32,000 bases of DNA from Candidatus Lokiarchaeum ossiferum (GCA_025839675.1 CP104013.1:3540001-3572000), one strand, 5' to 3'; positions 5,939-14,418 are shown, counted from the first letter of the stretch. Notes: generated by a model not told the origin, from the letters alone. Made by a program: numbers and translations.

Positions 5939-7804
5939 ATTATCAAAGGCACGAAAATTATAAAGAAAATCCTAAAAGAAACAGGAAACACCACCCTCTT
6001 TGGGTATCCTGGAGGTGCAATTATGCCCTTCTATGACGAAATCTATGAAGATCCGGATATTCGAAGTATTTTGATGCGACATGAGCAAGCTGCAGGCCAT
6101 GCGGCTGAAGGATTTGCAGTCGCTTCTGGGAAATTGGGAGTTGTTATGACCACTAGCGGACCTGGAGCGACCAACGTAATCACTGCTCTCGCCAATGCCT
6201 ATTACGATAGCTCTCCTCTCTTGGCATTTTCAGGGCAAGTTCCAACTCATTTAATTGGAAATGATGCTTTTCAAGAAGCCGATTTAATAGGTTCTACTAT
6301 GGCTATCACAAAACACAATTATCTAATCAAGAATGTTAATGATGTGGGTCGAATTTTTAAAGAAGCAATTCATATCGCTACAACGGGAAGACCTGGTCCA
6401 GTTTTTATTGATTTACCTAAGGATGTACAAAAGGCCGAAAGTACGGCAAAATTACCTATTCCTATGGATATCTCCTTAGTTGGTTATAATCCAATCACAT
6501 TCACCAATGCAGTAAAACGGCAAGTAAAAACGGCTTTGCAAATAATCTCTGAAGCCCAATATCCTGTAATCATTGCTGGAGGTGGAACTTTACTAGCCAA
6601 TGCCTCCGATGCTCTTCAACAGTTCGTCGACACTCTTAGGATCCCAGTGGTCTATACATTAAAAGGTAAAGGAGTTTTGAGTGATGATCATCCCTATGTG
6701 CTTGGATTGATTGGAATGCATGGTCGGAAACGTGCCAATTTTGCTGTTTCTGAAGCGGATGTTGTGATTGCTCTTGGTTGTCGGTTTAGTGATCGCATTA
6801 CAGGTGATTTACAGAAATTTCCTGGCCAGTCCAATGCAAAAATAATTCATGTAGATATCGATGCTGCAGAAATTGGAAAAAATGTATCGGTCGATCTCCC
6901 AATCGTTGCCGATGCAAGATGTGCTTTGGATGAATTTAATCATCAAATTCAAAAATCTTTGGTAAGAAATGAGTCTTATCCCATGAAATCATGGTGGTAT
7001 AAATTCATAGATGGATTAAAAGCCTCTTCTGGTATCCCCAATGTAACTACTCCTGGAAAAACTGGTCTAATCTTACCCGAAAAAGTGATGTATGAAATTA
7101 ATCAAATATTGGAACCAGATGATATTGTTGTGAGTGAAGTAGGACAAAATCAAATGTACTGTGGTCATTATTTGAATATTCGAAAGCCTCGGACATGGAT
7201 CACTTCAGGAGGCCTTGGTACTATGGGTTTTGGTTTTCCAGCCTCTATTGGAGCGAAGGTGGCAAAACCAGATTCTGAAGTCTGGTTGATAGCGGGTGAT
7301 GGATCCTTTCAAATGAATATGGCTGAATTAGCAACCCTCAAGCAACATAACATCAAAGTCAATATCGTGATCTTGAATAACCAATATCTTGGGATGGTGA
7401 GACAATGGCAAGAATTATTCCATGAAAAACGATATGCTGGAACATGTCTGCAATGCGATAATGGGGAGTATTGGCCTGATTTTGTGAAATTAGCGGAGGC
7501 ATATGGATTCAAAGGTCTACGAGTAACTGATCCCGCCGAAGTACGCATGGCTCTTGAAATATGTCGTTCATCAAAGGAATCCTTTATCGTTGAATTAATG
7601 ATAGAACCAGAATCCAATATTCTACCAATGTTACCTCCTGGGGGGGCACTCAATACATTCTTCAGCCGAAAAAGGGAAAAACGATCAATCTATGATTGGT
7701 ATCGACGACTTCCTCGAATTGAAAGCGAAGTAGTTGGCTATAAAGTACAAAACACCAATGAAGATGCATTTTCGGTGTATTATGAACAGGAGATGTCACG
7801 ATAA
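5939..7804 (+). CDS. ilvB: acetolactate synthase (acetohydroxyacid synthase) large subunit
   Basis: It is a ThDP enzyme with the motifs GYPGGA, GPGATN and GLGTMGFGFPASIGAK. The track ORF starts at ATG 6023, but the conserved N-terminus (IIKGTKIIKKILKETGNTTLFGYPGGAIMPFYD) is encoded in frame upstream with no AUG/GUG/UUG. ATT 5939 lies 7 nt after AAGGAG, and an in-frame TGA at 5933 sets the upstream limit. Confidence 0.85.
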   Translation: MIKGTKIIKKILKETGNTTLFGYPGGAIMPFYDEIYEDPDIRSILMRHEQAAGHAAEGFAVASGKLGVVMTTSGPGATNVITALANAYYDSSPLLAFSGQVPTHLIGNDAFQEADLIGSTMAITKHNYLIKNVNDVGRIFKEAIHIATTGRPGPVFIDLPKDVQKAESTAKLPIPMDISLVGYNPITFTNAVKRQVKTALQIISEAQYPVIIAGGGTLLANASDALQQFVDTLRIPVVYTLKGKGVLSDDHPYVLGLIGMHGRKRANFAVSEADVVIALGCRFSDRITGDLQKFPGQSNAKIIHVDIDAAEIGKNVSVDLPIVADARCALDEFNHQIQKSLVRNESYPMKSWWYKFIDGLKASSGIPNVTTPGKTGLILPEKVMYEINQILEPDDIVVSEVGQNQMYCGHYLNIRKPRTWITSGGLGTMGFGFPASIGAKVAKPDSEVWLIAGDGSFQMNMAELATLKQHNIKVNIVILNNQYLGMVRQWQELFHEKRYAGTCLQCDNGEYWPDFVKLAEAYGFKGLRVTDPAEVRMALEICRSSKESFIVELMIEPESNILPMLPPGGALNTFFSRKREKRSIYDWYRRLPRIESEVVGYKVQNTNEDAFSVYYEQEMSR

Positions 7805-8322
7805 TGTTAGCTACAACTAGTTCAGAGTATATTATTGTACTTTTAGTCGAAGATCATCCTGGGGTAACAATGAAAATTGCGGGTATGTTTGGTAGACGCG
7901 GGCATAATATGATCAGTTTTACCGGGGCACCTAGTGATAAAAAAGGAATGTCGCGGATTGTAATAAAAACGGATGGAACCAAAGAACAAATCGAACAAAT
8001 TCAGAAACAAATGAATAAGCTGATTGAGGTCGTAAAAGTCCAAATTTTACAACCTGATAATTGCATCATTCGAGAACTCGCTTTGATTAAACTGGTCATT
8101 ACGGATGAGCTCACTCATCAAAAAATACTATCTATGGTAGAGATATATCATGGTAAGGTTGTTGATGCAAACTTGAAACAAGTTACTTTAGAAATGGTGG
8201 GAAGCTCGGAAAAAATTGATGCATTTTTAACTACTATGAACAATATGAATGTTTTACGTGAAGCATCCCGCTCAGGAAATGTTGCACTATTTCGCGGGAA
8301 CGATTCAATTTTTTTACATTAA
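7804..8322 (+). CDS. ilvN: acetolactate synthase small (regulatory, ACT-domain) subunit
   Basis: It is 172 aa with the ACT-domain signature IIVLLVEDHPGVTMKIAGMFGRRGHNMISF...MSRIVIKT...QIQKQMNKLIEVVKV. Its ATG overlaps the ilvB TAA by 1 nt (TAATG). Confidence 0.85.
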   Translation: MLATTSSEYIIVLLVEDHPGVTMKIAGMFGRRGHNMISFTGAPSDKKGMSRIVIKTDGTKEQIEQIQKQMNKLIEVVKVQILQPDNCIIRELALIKLVITDELTHQKILSMVEIYHGKVVDANLKQVTLEMVGSSEKIDAFLTTMNNMNVLREASRSGNVALFRGNDSIFLH

Positions 8323-8323
8323 A

Positions 8324-8336
8324 TTTTTTTTTTTTT
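8324..8336 (+). terminator. T13 tract between ilvN and ilvC
   Basis: Thirteen uninterrupted T's begin 2 nt after the ilvN stop and lie 20 nt before the ilvC ATG. Confidence 0.4.
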
Positions 8337-8355
8337 ACAATGGAGAAGAACTAAA

Positions 8356-9372
8356 ATGAAAATCTACAGAGAAAACGATAGTACTTATGAAAAAATTCAA
8401 AATAAGGTTATAGCAGTGATCGGTTATGGCTCCCAAGGGGACGCTCAAGCAAATATGATGAAAGATTCTGGATTAAATGTGATTATAGGATTACGTAAAG
8501 GTGGCAGATCTTGGCAAAAGGCGATGGATGATGCCTTTGAGGTCTATGAAGTGTCGGAAGCGACTAAGAAAGCTGATGTAATCCAAGTATTAATCCCTGA
8601 TGAAATCCAGCAAGTAGTATATGAAAAATCTATCTTACCTAATTTAGCCGAAGGGAAAGTCTTGTGCTTTTCCCACGGTTTTAATATCAGCTATAAACGG
8701 ATAGTCCCTCCAAAAAATGTAGATGTTATCATGATTGCTCCTAAATCACCCGGTCCATCGGAAAGGAAAGTATACTTAGAAGGTTTTGGTGTTCCTGCCT
8801 TACTTGCCGTTCATCAAGATTATTCTGGAAATGCGAAGAATATTGGCTTAGGGATGGCTAAAGCAATGCACTTTACTCGAGCTGGAGTGATTGATCTCAA
8901 TTCCTTAGAAGGAAGTAAAAAAGATATTGCACCCTTCGATAAAGAGACTTTTACCGATCTGTTTGGCGAGCAATCTGTGTTATGCGGTGGGGTTGCAGAA
9001 TTAATCCAATCTGGATTTGAAGTAATGGTGGAAGCGGGATATCCTCCAGAAATGGCTTATTTTGAAGTGTCTCATGAATTGAAGTTAATCACTGATCTTA
9101 TATACAAAGGTGGTATTGAGCAAATGTATGAAAAAGTGTCGAATACTGCAGAATTCGGTGGAAGAACTCGAGGTAAGAAAGTGATTGATCGATCCGTAGT
9201 TAAACCCGTGATGCATCAAATGATGAAGGATATTGAAGCTGGAGATTTTGCGAAAGAATGGATGGATGAAGCAAATAGTGGAATGCCTAAATTGAAAGAA
9301 ATGCGAAAAAATGAAGGTGGCAATCAATTGCAAACTGTTGGGGATGAACTCCGAAAGTTATTTGTTAAGTAA
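8356..9372 (+). CDS. ilvC: ketol-acid reductoisomerase (class I)
   Basis: It is 338 aa with the Rossmann motif VIGYGSQGDAQANMMKDSG and the conserved FGEQSVLCGG and YFEVSHELKLI segments. An SD GGAG lies upstream. Confidence 0.92.
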   Translation: MKIYRENDSTYEKIQNKVIAVIGYGSQGDAQANMMKDSGLNVIIGLRKGGRSWQKAMDDAFEVYEVSEATKKADVIQVLIPDEIQQVVYEKSILPNLAEGKVLCFSHGFNISYKRIVPPKNVDVIMIAPKSPGPSERKVYLEGFGVPALLAVHQDYSGNAKNIGLGMAKAMHFTRAGVIDLNSLEGSKKDIAPFDKETFTDLFGEQSVLCGGVAELIQSGFEVMVEAGYPPEMAYFEVSHELKLITDLIYKGGIEQMYEKVSNTAEFGGRTRGKKVIDRSVVKPVMHQMMKDIEAGDFAKEWMDEANSGMPKLKEMRKNEGGNQLQTVGDELRKLFVK

Positions 9373-9386
9373 ATTAAGCGATTAAA

Positions 9387-11021
9387 ATGAAATCTACTCG
9401 ATTAAAATCCGGTGTTGAAACAACTCCCCATCGCTCCCTTCTCCGGGCTACCGGATTGTCGGATGATGACTTCGGGGATAAACCTTGGATCGGGGTTGCC
9501 AATTCCTACAACAATATCATTCCAGGTCATATGCATTTGGATAAAATCACAGAACAAGTCATGCAGGGGATTCGTGATGCTGGGGGTGTTCCTTTTGTAT
9601 GGGGCGTTCCGGGTATATGCGATGGCATTGCGATGGGAAAGGGTCATGGAATGCGTTATTCCCTTCCATCGCGAAATCATATTGCAGACAATGTCGAATT
9701 CATGGTCGGGGCTCATTCCCTTGATGGCTGGGTAGGAGTGACCAATTGTGATAAAATTACTCCTGGTATGCTTATGGCCTCGGGTCGGTTAAATCTTCCA
9801 GCTATACTCATCACAGGTGGTCCTATGAAGGCGGGAGTGTACCATGGAGAAAAAGCCGATGTAATCAGTTGCTTTGAAGTCGTGGGAGAATATAATGCTA
9901 AGAAAGCTACTCAAAATGATCTTTTGACTTGTGAGCAATCCGCTTGCCCCGGTCCTGGATCCTGCTCCGGGCTATTTACCGCTAATAGTATGGCGTGTAT
10001 GACCGAAATTTTGGGATTATCCTTATCCAATTGTGCTGCTATGTTGGCCATAGATCCTGAAAAGATGAAGTTAGCTTATGAGACAGGGAAACAAATAGTG
10101 ACTTTAGTCCGGCAAAATGTATGTCCTCGAGATATAGTTACAAAGAAATCCTTTGAAAATGCTATCAAGGTTGATATGTGCATTGGTGGATCAACTAATA
10201 CGGTTTTGCATTTACCCGCCATCGCCAAGGAATATGGATTTGACCTACCCTTGGATCTTTTCCAGAAATGTGCAGAAACTACTCCAAACTTAATAAAAAT
10301 CCGACCCTCTGGGAAATTTTCAATGGAAGACTTATATAATGTGGGAGGAATTCCAGCAGTAATGAAGCGATTGGAGAAATTGCTGGATCTTTCCCAGAAA
10401 ACGGTCAATCTGAATTCAATTGGGGAAATCATCACAATGATAGAAGCTTCAGAAATTGATGATCAAGTCCTCCGAAAGTTCGATGATCCTCACTCAGTTC
10501 AAGGTGGATTGCGGATAATTTATGGAAATTTATGTCCCAGAGGCTCAGTAGTTAAAATCGCGGCGGTAAGTGAAAAAATGCTTGTACATGAAGGTCCAGC
10601 TCGAGTATTTGATTCAGAAGATGCTACGATGGATGCAATTTTGGGAAATAAAATTCATCCTGGGGATGTAGTTGTGATTCGATATATGGGTCCAAAAGGC
10701 GCTCCTGGAATGCCTGAAATGCTCTCCCCAACCAGTGCGATAGTGGGAATGGGTTTAATTGATTCTGTGGCTCTAATCACAGATGGGCGATTTTCTGGAG
10801 GGACTCGTGGTCCTTGTATTGGGCATATGGAACCCGAAGCTTTGGAAAAAGGGCCAATAGCTGCTGTTCATGAAGGAGAAAGAATTAAAATCGATTTAAT
10901 TGCTCGTTCCATTGATTTGCAAATTCCTCAAGATGTGATAGATCAACGTTTGTCTGCTCTAACGCTTCCAAAAAGAGAATTAAACGGCTTTTTGCAAACT
11001 TATGTAAGGTCATTGGATTAA
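9387..11021 (+). CDS. ilvD: dihydroxy-acid dehydratase
   Basis: It is 544 aa with the motifs [28 protein letters not shown] and [17 protein letters not shown]. Confidence 0.92.
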   Translation: MKSTRLKSGVETTPHRSLLRATGLSDDDFGDKPWIGVANSYNNIIPGHMHLDKITEQVMQGIRDAGGVPFVWGVPGICDGIAMGKGHGMRYSLPSRNHIADNVEFMVGAHSLDGWVGVTNCDKITPGMLMASGRLNLPAILITGGPMKAGVYHGEKADVISCFEVVGEYNAKKATQNDLLTCEQSACPGPGSCSGLFTANSMACMTEILGLSLSNCAAMLAIDPEKMKLAYETGKQIVTLVRQNVCPRDIVTKKSFENAIKVDMCIGGSTNTVLHLPAIAKEYGFDLPLDLFQKCAETTPNLIKIRPSGKFSMEDLYNVGGIPAVMKRLEKLLDLSQKTVNLNSIGEIITMIEASEIDDQVLRKFDDPHSVQGGLRIIYGNLCPRGSVVKIAAVSEKMLVHEGPARVFDSEDATMDAILGNKIHPGDVVVIRYMGPKGAPGMPEMLSPTSAIVGMGLIDSVALITDGRFSGGTRGPCIGHMEPEALEKGPIAAVHEGERIKIDLIARSIDLQIPQDVIDQRLSALTLPKRELNGFLQTYVRSLD

Positions 11022-11055
11022 ATTTTTTTAAGACATTCATTACAGGGTAATAATA

Positions 11056-12354
11056 ATGGGAAAAACTATTGCGCAAAAAATTTTCGATGCTCATCTCATA
11101 GATGATCGTTTCGGGGAAACTGCTATAATAAAGTTAGATCGCGTCTTTGCACATGAAATAACAACGCCACCGGCGATCAAAGATTTAGAACAAAGAGGGT
11201 TGGATAAAGTTTTTGATCCAACTAAAATCAAAGCTGTAATTGATCATGTTACTCCATCCAAGGATTCACTTTCCGCTATTCAAGCTCAAGTGATGCGGGA
11301 TTGGGCTCGTCGCCAAAATATCGAAGATTTCTTTGATGTGGGACGAAATGGGGTTTGTCATGCTCTCTTTCCAGAAAAAGGATTTGTACGGCCAGGATTT
11401 ACAATCATCATGGGTGATAGTCATACTTGTACCTATGGTGCTTTTGGAGCCTTCGCCTGTGGTACGGGTACCACTGCCTTGGAAGTTGGAATATTGAAAG
11501 GAATTGCTGCTCTTCAATATCCAAAATCCATGAAGGTAGAACTAAATGGAGAATTAAAAACTGGTGTATATGCCAAGGATGTGATTTTATCACTTATCAA
11601 AAAATTAACCGTTAATGGTGCCACAGATCAAGTTATTGAGTTTGGAGGGGATGCAATTTCTGCATTTTCGATGGAAGAACGCATGACTATTAGTAACATG
11701 GCAGTTGAAGCGGGGGCAACTTCTGGTATCTTCGCTCCAGACATTCAAACAGTGGATTACTTGTGGGATTTTATTAAAGAAGATTTCAATAATGATAAAA
11801 ATGCCGCTTTACAAGATTATTCCCAATGGGCTTCTGATCCTGATGCTGAGTATACACAAGTAATCTCCCTTGATATTTCGACACTTCTTCCACAAATAAC
11901 TATTCAATATCGCCCTGATCAAGTCATTAATGCAATGGAGGCTAAGATAAATGTGGATCAAGTTTACATTGGGTCTTGCACCAACGGAAGACTTTCTGAT
12001 TTACGCATAGCCGCCAAAATTTTAAAGAATCAAAAAATTGCCTCTCATGTGCGAGGGATCATTGCTCCGGCTACAACTGAGATTTATAGACAAGCCATGA
12101 AGGAAGGATTGATTGAGATATTCATGGATGCTGGTTTTGTTGTCACTGCGACCACCTGTGGTGCTTGTTTAGGAATGAGTAATGGGATACTTGCACCCGG
12201 TGAAGTGGCTATTGCAACAACAAACCGTAACTTTAATGGACGCATGGGAAAAGGAGGGATGGTTCATCTTGCAAGTCCTGCAACAGCTGCTGCATCCGCT
12301 ATTGAGGGAGTGATTACAGATCCTCGAAAGTATTTGGAGGGAACATTATTATGA
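11056..12354 (+). CDS. leuC: 3-isopropylmalate dehydratase large subunit
   Basis: It is 432 aa and aconitase-family, with GDSHTCTYGAFGAFACGTG, IGSCTNGR and CGACLG cluster-ligand motifs. Confidence 0.88.
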   Translation: MGKTIAQKIFDAHLIDDRFGETAIIKLDRVFAHEITTPPAIKDLEQRGLDKVFDPTKIKAVIDHVTPSKDSLSAIQAQVMRDWARRQNIEDFFDVGRNGVCHALFPEKGFVRPGFTIIMGDSHTCTYGAFGAFACGTGTTALEVGILKGIAALQYPKSMKVELNGELKTGVYAKDVILSLIKKLTVNGATDQVIEFGGDAISAFSMEERMTISNMAVEAGATSGIFAPDIQTVDYLWDFIKEDFNNDKNAALQDYSQWASDPDAEYTQVISLDISTLLPQITIQYRPDQVINAMEAKINVDQVYIGSCTNGRLSDLRIAAKILKNQKIASHVRGIIAPATTEIYRQAMKEGLIEIFMDAGFVVTATTCGACLGMSNGILAPGEVAIATTNRNFNGRMGKGGMVHLASPATAAASAIEGVITDPRKYLEGTLL

Positions 12355-12884
12355 ATCCAAAGTTTAGTGGACTAGTATTACTCTTAGATCGGAGTAATAT
12401 CAATACGGATGAGATCATTCCAGCCAAATATCTGACATATATTGAAAAAGAGCCTCTTAAATCCCATCTCTTAGAAGATTTGATCCTCGATGGATTTGAG
12501 CCACCAAGCATTCTTTGGCCACAATATAATGTAATTCTAACCCGATCGAATTTTGGGTGTGGATCATCTCGGGAAATGGCCGTTTGGGCATTTGAAGTAA
12601 ATGGGATCTCAACGATTATTGCAAGTAATTTTGCCCGAATATTTCGCGAAAATGCAGTTAATTCTGGGATTTTGCCCATAGAACTTGGGGAAGACTCTAT
12701 AAATCAAGTATTTTCTACATTTGCAGGGTCTCTGACATTGGAAGTGGAGATAAACTTTGAATTACAAGTTCTCAATTTCAAAACCTCAACTAAAAATCTG
12801 GAACTCTCATTTAATCTTAGCTCTTTTGACAAAGCGGTAGTAGCTCATGGTGGTTTAGTAAATTTCGCTGTGGAGAATTACTAA
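12351..12884 (+). CDS. leuD: 3-isopropylmalate dehydratase small subunit
   Basis: It is 177 aa with the swivel-domain motif NFGCGSSREMAVWA. It overlaps leuC by 4 nt (ATGA). Confidence 0.85.
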   Translation: MNPKFSGLVLLLDRSNINTDEIIPAKYLTYIEKEPLKSHLLEDLILDGFEPPSILWPQYNVILTRSNFGCGSSREMAVWAFEVNGISTIIASNFARIFRENAVNSGILPIELGEDSINQVFSTFAGSLTLEVEINFELQVLNFKTSTKNLELSFNLSSFDKAVVAHGGLVNFAVENY

Positions 12885-12908
12885 TTTTTTTTATATTGAA
12901 GGTGAAAA

Positions 12909-13997
12909 ATGATGAAAAAACAAATTGCTCTTGTAAAAGGAGACGGCATCGGTCCCGAAGTCGTGAATGAAGGAATAAAAGTGCTCAAAACCATTGAAAA
13001 GTATACTGACTATTCTTTTGAGTTCAAGGATGCTCCCATGGGAGGAGAAGTTTGGAAAAACTGTGGTGAAAGTCTACCTCAAACATCCTTAAATATTATG
13101 GCCCAAAGTGATACCATTTTATTTGGGGCGGTTGGTCTTCCCGATATTCCCCAAGGTGTAGCAGAAAAAGCTATCCTCAAAGTACGGCAGGATTTGGATT
13201 TGTATGTTAATCTTCGCCCCGTAAAGTTATATCCCTCTCTTCATGATATGTGTCCGTTGAAACCAGAAATAGTAGAAAATGGAATAGATATCGCTGTTTT
13301 TCGGGAGAATACTGAAAGTGTCTATGCTCAGATCGGAGGTATAGTTAATCAAGAAACCGCTGTTAATTCCATGGTTTATACCCGGAAGGGTGTCTCACGA
13401 ATTATTGAATATGCATTTGAGTATGTTTCTCGAAACAAATTTGATGAATTGATTTCAGTTGATAAAGCCAATGTCCTTACGGTGAGTCAATTTTGGAGAC
13501 AAATCTATCAATCCATTGGAAAAAAATATCCATCAATAAAGCAAACAAGTTATTATGTCGATGCTTTTTGTCAATGGTTGATCCGAGCTCCCTCTTCAAT
13601 TCATACTGTGGTGACAGAGAATATGTTTGGGGATATTGTGAGTGATGAAGCAGCATATTTGGTTGGTTCGCTTGGTATGGGGGCCAGTGGTAATATAAAT
13701 CCTAATGGTGTTTCAATGTATGAGCCAATTCATGGCTCTGCTCCCGATATTGCTGGACAAGGTATTGCCAATCCGATTGGAACCATTTTGTCGGTGAAAA
13801 TGATGTTTGAAGAATCTTTTCAAGATGCCTATCTTGGAGAAATGATTGATAAATCAGTGGAAATAGCCCTCGAAAAAATTCGAACTATTGATATTTATTC
13901 GAAATATGCTCAAAATAATTCACAGATAAATCGTGTAAATTGTACTGAAATGGGGGATGCCGTGTGCATCCAAATAAAATCCGTTCTAAAAAAGTAA
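12909..13997 (+). CDS. leuB: 3-isopropylmalate dehydrogenase
   Basis: It is 362 aa with the motifs GDGIGPEV, NLRP and ENMFGDIVSDEAAYLVGSLGMGASGNI. The SD AGGTGA lies upstream. Confidence 0.88.
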   Translation: MMKKQIALVKGDGIGPEVVNEGIKVLKTIEKYTDYSFEFKDAPMGGEVWKNCGESLPQTSLNIMAQSDTILFGAVGLPDIPQGVAEKAILKVRQDLDLYVNLRPVKLYPSLHDMCPLKPEIVENGIDIAVFRENTESVYAQIGGIVNQETAVNSMVYTRKGVSRIIEYAFEYVSRNKFDELISVDKANVLTVSQFWRQIYQSIGKKYPSIKQTSYYVDAFCQWLIRAPSSIHTVVTENMFGDIVSDEAAYLVGSLGMGASGNINPNGVSMYEPIHGSAPDIAGQGIANPIGTILSVKMMFEESFQDAYLGEMIDKSVEIALEKIRTIDIYSKYAQNNSQINRVNCTEMGDAVCIQIKSVLKK

Positions 13998-14010
13998 TAG
14001 GAAGTAGTCA

Positions 14011-14018
14011 TTTTTTTT
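14011..14018 (+). terminator. T8 tract after leuB (end of the BCAA cluster)
   Basis: The sequence gtca-tttttttt-c lies 14 nt after the leuB stop, between convergent genes. Confidence 0.45.
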
Positions 14019-14025
14019 CTTTATT

Positions 14026-14358
14026 CTATTCATGTTTATGGTCGGGATCTTTATTACATTCGGTACAATATTTTCCTTCGCTTTTGTCACTCGTTTTTAA
14101 ACAAGCAGAGCAAAATTGGCTCCCACAATTTGTACACATTGTTTGGCATTCCTCACATATCCGTTCCCCACATTCTTCACATTGAAGTGAGCATTCTGGG
14201 CATAAATATGCATCACATTCAACACAATATGGTTGACATCCCATACAAAAGTATGTACCACAATCTAAACAATGTAAGATTCGATCTTCAGGTTCTCGCC
14301 AATCTCCACTTGCTCCACATATTCCGCAATAACGACCACCAAAAGTTATGTTCGCCAT
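14026..14358 (-). CDS. small cysteine-rich protein with a periodic CxxC (zinc-ribbon-like) array
   Basis: It is 110 aa with ten CxxC motifs. The central eight follow a 15-residue period, CxxC-x4-CxxC-x3, four times (CLDCGTYFCMGCQPY / CVECDAYLCPECSLQ / CEECGERICEECQTM / CTNCGSQFCSAC). It lies divergent from clpB. Confidence 0.65.
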   Translation of the reverse strand: MANITFGGRYCGICGASGDWREPEDRILHCLDCGTYFCMGCQPYCVECDAYLCPECSLQCEECGERICEECQTMCTNCGSQFCSACLKTSDKSEGKYCTECNKDPDHKHE

Positions 14359-14418
14359 TGTTACGTTTTCCTTTTGTTTGATTTTAAACTCCGATTCTAT
14401 TATCTATTTCTATGTATT

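Noticed and set aside
13964-14381. Plus-strand ORFs (13964..14185, 14130..14381) lie opposite the CxxC gene.
   Set aside because: The minus-strand frame encodes a strikingly regular CxxC array, which is the real signal. The plus-strand frames are H/S/L-rich mirror products.
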